Made by a program: the position numbers and the translations under genes. 64,000 nt of DNA from an uncultured delta proteobacterium (lineage in GTDB: Bacteria; Desulfobacterota; WTBG01; CAIYCZ01; CAIRTM01): the NCBI GenBank assembly GCA_963804955.1, contig CAWDSQ010000016.1:125285-189284 (forward strand), written 5' to 3'. Below the pieces are notes generated by a model that saw nothing but the letters and a program-made list of their open reading frames with translations, did not search any database and was not told the DNA's origin. Below are positions 32,601-43,289 of this stretch, piece by piece. Each line of letters starts with the position of its first letter. Position 1 is the stretch's first letter.

Positions 32601-33248
32601 TTATGCCGGTTGGGCTGAGGGGGCGCTTTTCAGGCAGATGCCCTGTACGACCTCGTGCACCATAGCGGTAATAACCTCGACATCATCATTAATCTGGCCG
32701 GTGAGGAGCCGGTACCAGCTGTAGCCGAACAGAATATCAACCACCGTCTCGAGCTGGATGCCGGGGCGCAGCTCGCCGCGGTCGGCGGCGCGCTGCAGAG
32801 CAAAAAGAAGCCGCCGCCTCCGTTCGGGAAGAAATCGCAACCGCCAATGCTCGAATGCCTCAGGATCGCCCTGAAGTTCGGCTATCATCGACTTAAAGGC
32901 CTGCCCGCTGGGGGTCTCGCGCCATAGTTTCCATATGGCGCGGGTGAGAAAAATAATTTCCTGCTCGATATTGCCGAAATCGGGAACCACTATCATCTTT
33001 TCGACATCACCGCCGTAGATATCAAGCAGCAGAAGCATTTTGCTTGACCACCACCGGTATATGGTGCTTTTTGATGCCCCCGAGCGGCGCGCAACCTCCT
33101 CGATCGTGAAATTAGCATAGCCCTTTTCCTGCAGGAGCGACGAAGCCGCATCAAGAATAGCTTTGCTGGTTTCGGCATTGCGCCTGCAGCCGGTTGATTT
33201 CTTGGCCTTGTCCTGCCCGGGTCTTTTTGTCTCTGGATCCTTCTGCAT
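32601..33248 (-). CDS. TetR/AcrR family regulator, last gene of the efflux operon
   Basis: AILDAA..GY..FTIEEVARRSGASKSTIYRWW; RAADRGELR. Confidence 0.92.
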   Translation of the reverse strand: MQKDPETKRPGQDKAKKSTGCRRNAETSKAILDAASSLLQEKGYANFTIEEVARRSGASKSTIYRWWSSKMLLLLDIYGGDVEKMIVVPDFGNIEQEIIFLTRAIWKLWRETPSGQAFKSMIAELQGDPEAFEHWRLRFLPERRRRLLFALQRAADRGELRPGIQLETVVDILFGYSWYRLLTGQINDDVEVITAMVHEVVQGICLKSAPSAQPA

Positions 33249-33283
33249 AGTTTCCCTTTTGCGGCATAGCCGCAACGTGTCAT

Positions 33284-34708
33284 TTAGTACAGACGGGCTT
33301 CATCGGTATTGTCCCGCCAGCCGCCGCCCAGGGTCCTGCACAGGGCAAGGACCGAGTCAAGCTGGCCCTGGCGTGCAGCCGAAAGTACAAACTCGGCCTC
33401 AAGCGATCGGCGCTGGATATCAAGCACATCGATAATGCTGATATACCCGCGGGCATGCTGCTTCCGGGAAAGCTCGAAGCTCCGGCGCATGGCCCGTACT
33501 CGCTCAATGGATGCCGCAAGCACCTGCGAAGTTTTAGTTCCGGAAACAAGGGCGTCGCGGGTTTCCCTGAACGCGCTCTGCACCGTTTGCTCATAGTGCG
33601 CAAGCATCTGCTCCTGGCGGGCCCTGGCAGCCTTTTCCCGGGCAAACAATTTGCCGCCTTCAAAAATGGGCTGGGATAGCCCAGCCGCTATATGCCAGAC
33701 ATTGGCGCCGCCCGCGAACAGATCCTGCAGCTCGGAGCTTGCAAACCCGTACTGGCCGGTGAGCGTAATCGACGGAAAAAATGCCGCCCGCGCAGCGCCG
33801 ATGCGGGCATTGGCCGCTATCAGCATTTCTTCATCGCGGCGTATATCGGGTCTGCGGGCGAGAAGGTCGGAAGGTATGTTTTCAGGAATGAGCGGAAACG
33901 TATTCAGCTCTTCAAGCGTTTTACCCTCTTCGGTAAAGCCCTGCACGATTCCGCGCGGGCTGCGCCCGAGCAGCATGGCAAGCGCGGTTTCGGCCTTTGA
34001 CTGTTCATTTTCCCGCTGATACAGCAGGGCTTCGGTCGCAAGCCGGTCTGCTTCTATCCGGCGCAGGTCAAGCTCCTGCGTATAGCCCCAGCGGTACCGT
34101 TTGCGATAGATCTCGCAGGTTTTATCATAGGTGGCGAGCTGGTCCCGGGCTATGCGCGTCTGGGCCTGCAGCGTGCGCAGGCGGAAATACATGGCCGCCA
34201 CATCCGCCGTGAGAGACAGCTGCACCGCATCGCGGCCGGCCGCGGTCGCCAGCAGCTCTGCGCGCGCCGCTTCATCAAGGCGGCGATATTTGCCCCACAG
34301 GTCAAGTTCAAATGATGCAAAGCCGAGCGCGTCATAGGATTCATACATTCTGCTTTCACCCTGCGGCGTGCCGTCCTTTGTCGAGCGGCCCCGCGCAGCA
34401 TCGCCGCCAATCCCCGCAGCAGGAAGCCTGTCGGCAAAAGCAATGCGCGCAAGGGCGCGCGCTTCCTCGACCCGCGCCATGGCGATTTTCAGATCACGGT
34501 TACAGGCAAGCGCTTCAACCTCGATTCTGTCAAGCGTCGAGTCATTAAACAGCTTCCACCAGTTAATGGCGGTAAACGGAGCGCTCTGGGCTGTAGCATT
34601 ATCTGGTGCAGCGGGCAGCACAAGCTCTGGCCGGATATAATCAGGGCCCATGGCGCAGCCTGCAAGCAGTAGGGGAATCAGCAGATAAAAAAGCCTGTAG
34701 CGCGGCAT
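33284..34708 (-). CDS. RND efflux outer membrane lipoprotein (OprM/NodT-like)
   Basis: LAG-C lipobox, WWKLFND, SFELDLWG, PSDLLARRPDI, LGGGW. Confidence 0.93.
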   Translation of the reverse strand: MPRYRLFYLLIPLLLAGCAMGPDYIRPELVLPAAPDNATAQSAPFTAINWWKLFNDSTLDRIEVEALACNRDLKIAMARVEEARALARIAFADRLPAAGIGGDAARGRSTKDGTPQGESRMYESYDALGFASFELDLWGKYRRLDEAARAELLATAAGRDAVQLSLTADVAAMYFRLRTLQAQTRIARDQLATYDKTCEIYRKRYRWGYTQELDLRRIEADRLATEALLYQRENEQSKAETALAMLLGRSPRGIVQGFTEEGKTLEELNTFPLIPENIPSDLLARRPDIRRDEEMLIAANARIGAARAAFFPSITLTGQYGFASSELQDLFAGGANVWHIAAGLSQPIFEGGKLFAREKAARARQEQMLAHYEQTVQSAFRETRDALVSGTKTSQVLAASIERVRAMRRSFELSRKQHARGYISIIDVLDIQRRSLEAEFVLSAARQGQLDSVLALCRTLGGGWRDNTDEARLY

Positions 34709-34709
34709 A

Positions 34710-37700
34710 TCAGCCTCTCTCTTTCCGGTTGAGCGCGGATTGTGCAGCAGTGCGCAGAAAAGCGGCAATCTTAAGTGAGCCGAGTTTTTCAGTGAAGCGC
34801 ATAATGCCCACAAAAAACAGTGGCACGAAATAGGTCGCGATAAAGGTCGAGGCGAGCATGCCGCCCACAACGCCCGTGCCGATGGAGTGGCGGCTGGCTG
34901 ACCCTGCGCCCGAGCTCAGGGCAAGGGGCAGGCACCCCAGCACGAATGCCATGGAGGTCATCACAATGGGCCTGAAGCGCTGGCGCGCCGCTTCAATGGC
35001 GGCCTCGGCAAGAGGCATGCCGGCCTCATGCTTATGCAGTGCGAATTCAACAATCAGAATGGCGTTTTTCGCCGACAGGCCTATGAGCGTCACCAGTGCT
35101 ATCTGGAAGTACACATCATTCGGGAGTCCCCGCAGCCAGACAAGGGCAATGGCGCCGAACATGGCAAACGGCACGCTCACCAGCACGACCAGCGGCAGGC
35201 TCCACCGTTCATACTGCGCTGCAAGAATGAGAAACACCACGATGAGCCCCATGATGAAGGCAAGCAGGGAGGCGCCGCCGGCGAGCTTTTCCTGATAGGA
35301 GCTGCCGGTCCAGGCAAGAGTATAGCTCTCCGGAAAACTTTGAAGACCGAGCTCCTCAAGGGCCTGCAGGGCCTGGCCAGAGCTGTAGCCGGGCGCAGGC
35401 GCGCCGACGATTTTTCCAGCCGGGAACACATTGAAGCGTTCCACGATATCGGGCCCGACTATGGGGTCGAGCCGCACCAGCGACGACAGGGGGATCATTT
35501 GCCCCGATGATGACCGCACGAACACCTCGCGCAGATTTTCCGGCAGGCTCCGAAACGGCGCCGCCGCCTGCATCATGACCTTGAACGTGCGGCCCGCTTT
35601 ATTGAAATCGTTGATATAGAAGGCGCCGAAGGTCGACTGCATGGTGGTGAAGAGCATGTCTTTTGTAACGCCAAGAGCATAGGCTTTTTCAAGGTCCGCC
35701 TCCGCCATGTACTGCGGGGTTGCGGCCCGGAAGGTGGTGGCGATGCGTCCGATCTCTGGCCGCGCCATGGCGGCTTTTATAAAACGCTGTATCTCCGCGG
35801 CAAGCTGGCTGCTGTCGCCGTCGCCGCGATTTTGTATATAGCCTTCAAATCCGCCAGTTAAGCTCATGCCGAGTATCGGCGGCGGGCTGAAAACAATAAA
35901 CCGGGCGCCGGGTATGGTCTCTTCGGCCTGCCGCATGAGATCAGCGGCGATATTCTCCGGCGTCTGGGCTGCCGAGCGCTCGCCCCAGGGCAGGGTATTC
36001 ATGAAGCAGGAGCCCGCATTGTTTTTCATGGCCCCCGACAGCATGTCAAAGCCTGCAAAAGTCTGAATGCTTGTCCATCAGGGGATGGGACAGCACAATT
36101 TTCTCGAAGGCGTCCATTGCCCGCTCTGCCCGCTTGAGCGATGCTCCCTCATCAAGGGCCGCAAAGGCAAACAGCTTTGCCTGATCTTCATTGGGCACGA
36201 GGCTCCCCGGCACCCGTAAAAACAAAAACAGCGTGAGGCCCGCCATCAAAAAAAAGACGATGAGCGCAGCCGGCGCATGATGGATAACGGCCGTGACCGC
36301 CCGGGCATAGCGGCCCGTGCTCCGGCCGAACCAGGCATCGAAGCGCTCAAGCAGGTTTTTGCTGGTGCCGTGGCCGGGCTTTAAAAGAAGCGCGGAGAGC
36401 GCCGGGGTGAGCGTCAGGGCGACAATGCCCGAGATGATCACCGAGATGCTGATCGTGATGGCAAACTGCCGGTACATGGTGCCGGCAAGGCCCTGCATGA
36501 AGGCAACCGGTACAAACACGGCGCACAGCACCAGCACGATGGCGATGATGGGGCCCGTGACCTGCTCCATGGCCTTGATGGTGGCCTCGCGCGGGGGGAG
36601 CCCTTCCGAGCGCATGATGCGCTCGACGTTTTCAATCACCACGATTGCATCATCTACCACGATACCGATCGCCAGTACCAGGCCGAACAGCGTCAGGGTG
36701 TTTATTGAAAACCCGAAGGCATACATGCCGGCAAAAGCCCCTATTATGGATACCGGCACGGCAAGGCAGGGAATGAGGGTCGCGCGCAGGCTCTTTAAAA
36801 ATATAAAAACGATGAGAAAGACCAGCAGCCACTGCCTCAAAGAGGGTTATGACCACCTCTTTGATGGAGATGCGCACGAAGGTCGTGGTGTCATGGGGTA
36901 TGGTATAGACAACGCCGGGCGGAAAGCGCCGAGCGAGCTCTTCCATGCGCGCCATGATAGCGTCGGCGGTTGCAATGGCATTGGCGCCTGACTGGAGATT
37001 GACCACGATCGGCACAGACAGCATGCCGTTTTTCTTGCCGGTAAATTCATAGGTCAGGGCACCCAGCTCGACCTTTGCCACATCCTTCAGCCGCAGGCTG
37101 CTGCCGTCGGGATTTGCGCGCAGAATGATATTTCCGAACTGCTCGGGGCTGTCGAGCCGCCCCTTCACGATGAGCGAGTACACGCGGCCCATGTCTTCGC
37201 CCACGGGGGGCTGGCCGAGCTTGCCCGCAGCATATTGCATGTTTTGCGCCCGCACTGCCGCGGCAACATCTGAGGCCGAAAGCCCGAGCTGCGCCATTTT
37301 ATCGGGCTTGAGCCAGATGCGGATGGAATAGTCCCGGGCGCCGAACAGCCAGACGCCCCCTACGCCGGGAATGCGCTTGAGATCATCCATGACGTTTATG
37401 AGGGCGTAATTGGAGAGATAGGTGGTGTCGTAGACGCCGCCCGGCGACATGAGGGTCACGGCCATGAGCACGGTCGGGGATTTTTCTTCCACGATGATGC
37501 CGAACCGGCGCACATCCTCGGGCAAGGTGGACAGCACGGTCTGCACGCGGTTATTGACATCAATGGTCGCCTGATTGGGGTCGGTCCCGACGGCGAAGGT
37601 CACGTTAAGCTCAAGCTTGCCGTCGCTTGACGCCAGAGAGCTCATGTAGATCATATCGTCAACGCCGTTTATGGCCTGCTCAAGCGGTGCTGCAACGGTT

Positions 37701-37879
37701 TGCGCGACCACCTCGGCGCTGGCGCCGGTGTAGGTGGCTTTCACCGATACCGCAGGCGGAACAAGCTCGGGATACTGGGCTATGGGAAGCTCTATGAGGG
37801 CAATAAGTCCGGCCAGAATGAACAAGAGCGATATGACGCTGGCAAAAATAGGCCTGTCGATAAAGAAGCGTGAAATCAT
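34710..37879 (-). CDS. RND efflux permease, HAE1/AcrB family (frameshifted)
   Basis: [52 protein letters not shown]. Confidence 0.95.
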
Positions 37880-37888
37880 GCGGCCCCC

Positions 37889-39046
37889 TTAGTTCGCTGC
37901 GGCAGGCGCGGCTTCGCGCACCGTGGCGCCGGGCTGTACCTTCAGCATGCCTGACGTGATAATGCGCTCGCCGCCCTGAAGGCCCGATGAAATAACGCTC
38001 TGTTTGCCGATGGCCAGCTGCTCGGTGACCTGCCGCATCCCGGCTTTCATGTCCGTATCAACGACATAGACCGAGGGGCCCTGCTGGGTAATAAATATCG
38101 CCTGCCGGGGTATGAGCACCACGTTTGTAAGCCGCAGTCCCCGGGGCCGCACGCGCACGAACTGGCCGGGCATGAGAGCGGCATCGGGATTGGCAAGCTC
38201 TACTTTTGAGCGCACGGTCGCGGTTTTCGGGTCTTCCGTGCTGTCGGTAAATATAATTGAGCCCGGCTGCGGGTGCAGCCTGCCGTCAGGGTACACGACC
38301 GTTACCTGCTGTTTGCCCTCGGGTCGGGTGAGAAGGCCGCTGTTCTGAAGCTGCCGCAGCAGGGCGAAGTCGGAGCCGGGAACCGAAAAGTTGACATACA
38401 GCGGATCGACCTGCACCATGGTGGTCAGCAGGCTTGCCTCGGCGGTTGTCGATACCAGGGTGCCGACGGAGCAGGACTCCTTGCGCACAATGCCCGCTAT
38501 CGGCGAATACACCCGCGTATAGGCGAGCTTCACTTCCGCATCATGGAGATTTGCCCGGGCAACCTGCAGGTCCGCCGTTGCAGCCTTAAACGCCATTTCC
38601 GCCTCATCCAGCTCCTTTTCGCTGATGGCGTCCTCCTTAAAGAGCGCGGCCGTGCGCACATGCTCGCGCCGGTTGCGCTCAAGCTGGGCCTCGGCCTGCG
38701 CAACAACGCCGCGGGCCCGCTCCAGGGCTATTTTATACGGCACGGGGTCTATCTGAAAGAGCTGGGTTCCCTGCTTGACGAACTGGCCTTCCTCAAAGAT
38801 ACGCTTCTCCAGGATGCCGCCCACGCGGGCGCGTATCTCGACTTCAAGAAAGCCTGCTGTCTGGCCGACGAACTCAGGCTCCCAGTCAGCATCTGTGGCT
38901 TTAACATTCATAATTTCCACAACCGGCGGAGGCGGGGCTTTTTTTGATTTGTCAGAGCTGCATGCTGCCACAGCAAGCAGACAGAGCATAAACAGGAGAT
39001 GTTTTACAGACAATGAATCATATGAGCCGTGCATGTCTTTCCTCAT
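37889..39046 (-). CDS. RND periplasmic adaptor (MFP) lipoprotein
   Basis: VAA-C, EIRARVGGIL..EGQFV..LFQID, LMPGQFVRV. Confidence 0.93.
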   Translation of the reverse strand: MRKDMHGSYDSLSVKHLLFMLCLLAVAACSSDKSKKAPPPPVVEIMNVKATDADWEPEFVGQTAGFLEVEIRARVGGILEKRIFEEGQFVKQGTQLFQIDPVPYKIALERARGVVAQAEAQLERNRREHVRTAALFKEDAISEKELDEAEMAFKAATADLQVARANLHDAEVKLAYTRVYSPIAGIVRKESCSVGTLVSTTAEASLLTTMVQVDPLYVNFSVPGSDFALLRQLQNSGLLTRPEGKQQVTVVYPDGRLHPQPGSIIFTDSTEDPKTATVRSKVELANPDAALMPGQFVRVRPRGLRLTNVVLIPRQAIFITQQGPSVYVVDTDMKAGMRQVTEQLAIGKQSVISSGLQGGERIITSGMLKVQPGATVREAAPAAAN

Positions 39047-39078
39047 TAACCAGGGTTAAATTTCCAAGCATAATAGAT

Positions 39079-39092
39079 ACGATACGTATCGT
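39079..39092. promoter_or_regulatory. Probable TetR operator upstream of the efflux operon
   Basis: Perfect palindrome ACGATACGTATCGT between a TACAAT -10 element (minus strand) and the MFP start. Confidence 0.65.
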
Positions 39093-39559
39093 TTTATTTA
39101 TCATTGTAAAGAAATAAAATCAAGTCACAAGTGCAAAACGAAAAGCTCTAAAGAAGGAATTCAGGGGGTGGATGGCAACCGGGGGTTAAAAGTGTAAAAA
39201 ATTGGATTTTAACTAACTGTTTTCAAAAACAACTTTGCCTTTATCGGAAAATGCCATATTACCCAAGCAAACATGTAATGGTTTTGTGCTGACTGCTAAT
39301 CAAACTTATATCACGTAGTGTTGACTTTTTAGAAAAAAGGCCTAACCACAATATATAGCAAAAGCGGAGCCGTTGATGGCCCCGCTTTTAGCCAGTTATG
39401 CACTGGTTCAAGATTCAGTATAAACAACTTGTTTTAGTCTTTAGTTCTCTGTAAAGCTCGGCATAACCCTGCCGGTTTTTTCTACATGACGGTTCAGGCA
39501 TATATTTGTATTTTATTTCCTCGCCCGCAATGAGGTTGGAAGCCACCACTCTAAACCCT

Positions 39560-39934
39560 TTATGGTGTATCCTTGAGGGTGTTCCCGTCCCAGTACAGGT
39601 CAAAAAGCTCCATCGAAGTAGGGTATATGGCAATTAACTCCTGCGTATACACCTCATTACCGTCTTGGCCTACGTGTATCCAAACCTCCCCATACAATTT
39701 ACCGTCAATTAAATTAGTTTCAAAAGACATCCATTTCCTGATTGTTATACTTGAACCGGGGTCGACTTTGTTCATAGCAGAACATTTACCATCATGTACC
39801 CAAAAATGGTATGGCTCAACTGTATTATTGAAAATAGTTATTGTAACGACATCAGATCTTCTTGCACACCCTGTAAGCATGAACGCCAAGCTCAATCCAA
39901 CAATAGCCAAGGCAACGAAACTTGTTTTTTTCAT
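39560..39934 (-). CDS. Hypothetical lipoprotein in an AT-rich segment
   Basis: RBS AGGAGG, signal MKK..LTG-C. Confidence 0.75.
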   Translation of the reverse strand: MKKTSFVALAIVGLSLAFMLTGCARRSDVVTITIFNNTVEPYHFWVHDGKCSAMNKVDPGSSITIRKWMSFETNLIDGKLYGEVWIHVGQDGNEVYTQELIAIYPTSMELFDLYWDGNTLKDTP

Positions 39935-40370
39935 CTTGTGTCCTCCTTTTAACAGATCCTTGAATATCCAAACCCACATTGGGATAGGTAACATGATAAA
40001 ATAAGAGCGATTGTGAGTCAAGGCAAATGACGGCGAAAGATGCAGGATGGGGTTTAGGATGCGTAACTACTGTCACTGAACACTATCGCAACATATTGTG
40101 GCAGTGCTTGTTCCCCAAAACTCCACATTACGGCTCTCATGTTTGACAAATCAAAATCCCGGAAATTACAGTTTACCAAACGTAAGATGCAGTAAATGGT
40201 ATTTAGATTGACACACAATCGCCCCCCATTTTATAGTCTGCCCATCACAATGCAATTTTCTGGCAGTATGACATATGAAGCTGTGCCCCCTTGCCGCGCA
40301 AGAAAAAGTAACCAGGACCTGAATTTAGCCAGTTTCAACAACAAGTGAGATATTTAAAAAGGAAGGCAAC

Positions 40371-40931
40371 ATGGGCAAAAAAATAGCAGTCGTTCTGGTT
40401 AGCTTGATTATCCTGCTCGGTGGAGCTGGATTTTACGGCACGCCATACTTGGCCTATCGCAACATGCGGATAGCAGCAGAAAATAAAGATATAGAGACAT
40501 TAAGCAGCTATGTGGACTTTCCGTCTCTCAAAAAAAGCGTGATAGCAAACTTAAATGATGAGATCGCGCGTGGTTTAGGGGGTAAGGGAGACGGAGAACC
40601 CATGGATAAACTGGGCGCCGCAATTGCTTCAGCTTTCATCAATCCCATGCTGGATGCTTTCGTTACTCCTGAAGGGTTGACTATGATAGTGCGGGGATCT
40701 ATACCGGATCGCAAGGGATCAAAACTTTTTTCAGAAAACAAGCCAGGAGATAGTTCAGAAAAGAAATCATCCCGCAAAGATTCAGGGACAGAAGCCTCTA
40801 TGAATTATGAGAATTTCAATACCTTTGTAGTCGCATTCAATCAGAAAGGCTCTGCTGAAGATCAGATTCACCTGGTATTTAAGCGACATGGGGTTGTTTC
40901 CTGGAAATTATCTGCCATAAAGTTACCATAA
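40371..40931 (+). CDS. DUF2939-like membrane-anchored protein
   Basis: N-terminal TM then PY..A....D...L..YVDFPSLK, VTPEGL, WKLSAI. Confidence 0.75.
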   Translation: MGKKIAVVLVSLIILLGGAGFYGTPYLAYRNMRIAAENKDIETLSSYVDFPSLKKSVIANLNDEIARGLGGKGDGEPMDKLGAAIASAFINPMLDAFVTPEGLTMIVRGSIPDRKGSKLFSENKPGDSSEKKSSRKDSGTEASMNYENFNTFVVAFNQKGSAEDQIHLVFKRHGVVSWKLSAIKLP

Positions 40932-41073
40932 CAGAGGCAGGGACGTTGGTTTGAAATGTTGTAAAAAGCTATAATGAACTATATGCGCACAGGTGAACTT
41001 TTGTTAAAACCCCAGCAAAAATGATGCTCCTCGGAACTACCTTCCGCAGCGATGCCTTGTTCTCCTGAAAGCC

Positions 41074-42078
41074 TTATGCCAGCTTCACCACCATCTTGCC
41101 CACATTGCGCCCCTGGAATAACCCTATGAATGCCTCCACCGCCGTATCGATTCCCTCAACCACCGTTTCTTTATGTTTCAGCTTCCCGTCCCGGAAATAC
41201 CCGCCAACTTCATTTTCAAATTCAGCCTGGCGGTCCAGCCAGTCAAAAACAATCATGCCCTTCATCGTCAGCCGCTTGATCGTGATGTTGAATAGATTGG
41301 CTGGCCCGCGAGGGGGTATTTCATCATTGTACATGGATATGCCGCCGCAGGCGATAATCCGGCCGTGCACGCGCAAAACCGAAAGCGCAGCTTCCAGTGC
41401 TTGGCCGCCGACATTGTCGAAATACACATCAATGCCGTCGGGGGCTGCCGTATGGAGCTGCTTCAGCAGAGAACCTGCTTTGTAATTGAAGGCGCTGTCA
41501 AAACCGCATTCTTCAAGGAGAAAAGCAACTTTTTCCGTTGAGCCGGCAGAGCCGATAACGCGGCAGTCGCGCAATTTGGCCAGCTGACCGGCCACGCTGC
41601 CCACCGCGCCGGCTGCGCCTGAAATATAGATGCTATCACCTGCCTGTACATTGACCAGCTGAAGGCCTGCCCAGGCGGTCATGCCCGTCATGCCCAGGGC
41701 GCCCAGATACACCGAGAGAGGCTGGTTGCGGCTGTCCACCGGGCGCAACTCCTGCGGCGGGGAGATAAAATATTCCCGCCATCCAAGGCTTGAAAGAACG
41801 GCATCGCCCGGCTTGAATTGCGGGGCGCGAGACTCGATGACCTCGCCGACAGCACCGCCCTGCAGGGGCTTGCCGATCTCAAAAGGCGGAATATAGGAAT
41901 GCCCCGGGTTCATGCGGCCGCGCATATACGGGTCAACAGACATGAAAAGATTGCGAACCAGCACGAACCCGTCCTGCAGCGGCTCCTGCTGCACCTGCGC
42001 CATGATAAAATTTTCGGGTGCCGGAATTCCGTGGGGGCGGGAGGCAAGTCGTATCTCGCGGCTTATAATCGTTGTCAT
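41074..42078 (-). CDS. NADP-dependent oxidoreductase (CurA / prostaglandin reductase-like MDR)
   Basis: LASRPHG, SVDPYMRGRM, SGAAGAVGS, GIDVYFDNVGG, GKMVV. Confidence 0.93.
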   Translation of the reverse strand: MTTIISREIRLASRPHGIPAPENFIMAQVQQEPLQDGFVLVRNLFMSVDPYMRGRMNPGHSYIPPFEIGKPLQGGAVGEVIESRAPQFKPGDAVLSSLGWREYFISPPQELRPVDSRNQPLSVYLGALGMTGMTAWAGLQLVNVQAGDSIYISGAAGAVGSVAGQLAKLRDCRVIGSAGSTEKVAFLLEECGFDSAFNYKAGSLLKQLHTAAPDGIDVYFDNVGGQALEAALSVLRVHGRIIACGGISMYNDEIPPRGPANLFNITIKRLTMKGMIVFDWLDRQAEFENEVGGYFRDGKLKHKETVVEGIDTAVEAFIGLFQGRNVGKMVVKLA

Positions 42079-42723
42079 AAAAAACCTCCTTTATTAAAAA
42101 CTGCAGCCGCTTCATACATGCAGAGCGGTCTGCCCGTTTCTCTGCCGTTTGATCAGCGGGTTATCAAACACTGTATGAGAGTGTAATGATTATCTTTTAT
42201 TGTACAAGCCTTCCGGCAACGGGGTGTGCTGGCCAGGTATCCTTTCGGGACTGTCCAGGCGGTACTGGATGCAGTTCAGGTGGAGATCATTTCCGCCGCT
42301 GCTGGGCGGTATACCAATCGGCAGGCGGATAAGCAAAAGCCAAAACACTACTGACCTCCGGTCGCAACCACTGTATGGCCTGCAAGTAGACAAGAATATT
42401 ATTGTCCGTCTCCCCTGCGGTAAAAATGACGGAACCCGGTTGCCCCATCCGGGTTGTCTAATAGTGAGAGCCTTAAATCGACAGGGTGAAAATTGAGGCG
42501 TCGTTTTCCTTTAAGATCTCCTCCGGGTCGGGCAGACCGGCTTCTACTGACAGGAGCCGGCTTTTGGATGAAATGAATATAATTTGGGGGAGTGAGCGTG
42601 TCAAGATAAACAGAGAGGCGGATCTGCGCACCCGGAGGGTGCAGCGCGCTGCGTATTCTTCTTTGACGGGAGATAGCGGGGCGGATTTTTTTGTCAGAGG
42701 GAAGGCTGCCAGCCTTGCCCCTT

Positions 42724-43053
42724 CTACTTGAACTTGCGGAAGATATCTTCCTGCAGCAATGTAGCAAATTGAATACCGCCCACCAGGCCGGATCGGTTTC
42801 TGTATTTTATTTTCAACTCGCCCCTGATCGAGAGCTGCTGAACTGTTCTCGGCACCAGCAGATCCAGAAAAATAGGAACCTTTGCCTGAAGAAACTCATA
42901 GACCGGAAACAGCACTGCCGCTCCGTTGCGGCTGAGATTAATAACCGTACAGTCCTGATATTTCGTGCTTTGGTTTTTTATGAAATACTGCGCCGGTATT
43001 TGAACAGCTTCCCGGGGCCATTTTCGCCGGTTCCCTTTAAATTCCTGTACCAT
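42724..43053 (-). CDS. Stand-alone PilZ-domain protein (paralogue 3)
   Basis: RRKWPR and NLSRNG motifs; closely similar to the 30233 and 31006 proteins. Confidence 0.85.
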   Translation of the reverse strand: MVQEFKGNRRKWPREAVQIPAQYFIKNQSTKYQDCTVINLSRNGAAVLFPVYEFLQAKVPIFLDLLVPRTVQQLSIRGELKIKYRNRSGLVGGIQFATLLQEDIFRKFK

Positions 43054-43289
43054 TTCCGAAGCCTCTTCAATAAAACAACATCTTATTATAACCTCATCTC
43101 CCCGTATCCTGCAAGTCGAAATTCCCGGCAAAAAATACTACGGCGCATGGAGCGCAGAAAGGAACTGCTAACCTCGTCACCTATCGGGGGCGAGAGGTCG
43201 GAGCATACGGTTGTGACCGGTGCCTGCAAATTGCATTACAACACACTGTCTCTTCTGCACCTCGAGCGCAGCGAATGGTGAAAAGTGAT

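Noticed and set aside
39340..39401. attC-like site (GCATAAC..GTTAGGC on the minus strand)
   Set aside because: The internal stem is asymmetric relative to the R boxes, the L boxes do not pair, it is a single copy and there is no integrase; more likely a terminator
42190..42400. 6S RNA or another structured ncRNA
   Set aside because: Only short terminal complementarity, no long rod with a central bubble, and the wrong gene context
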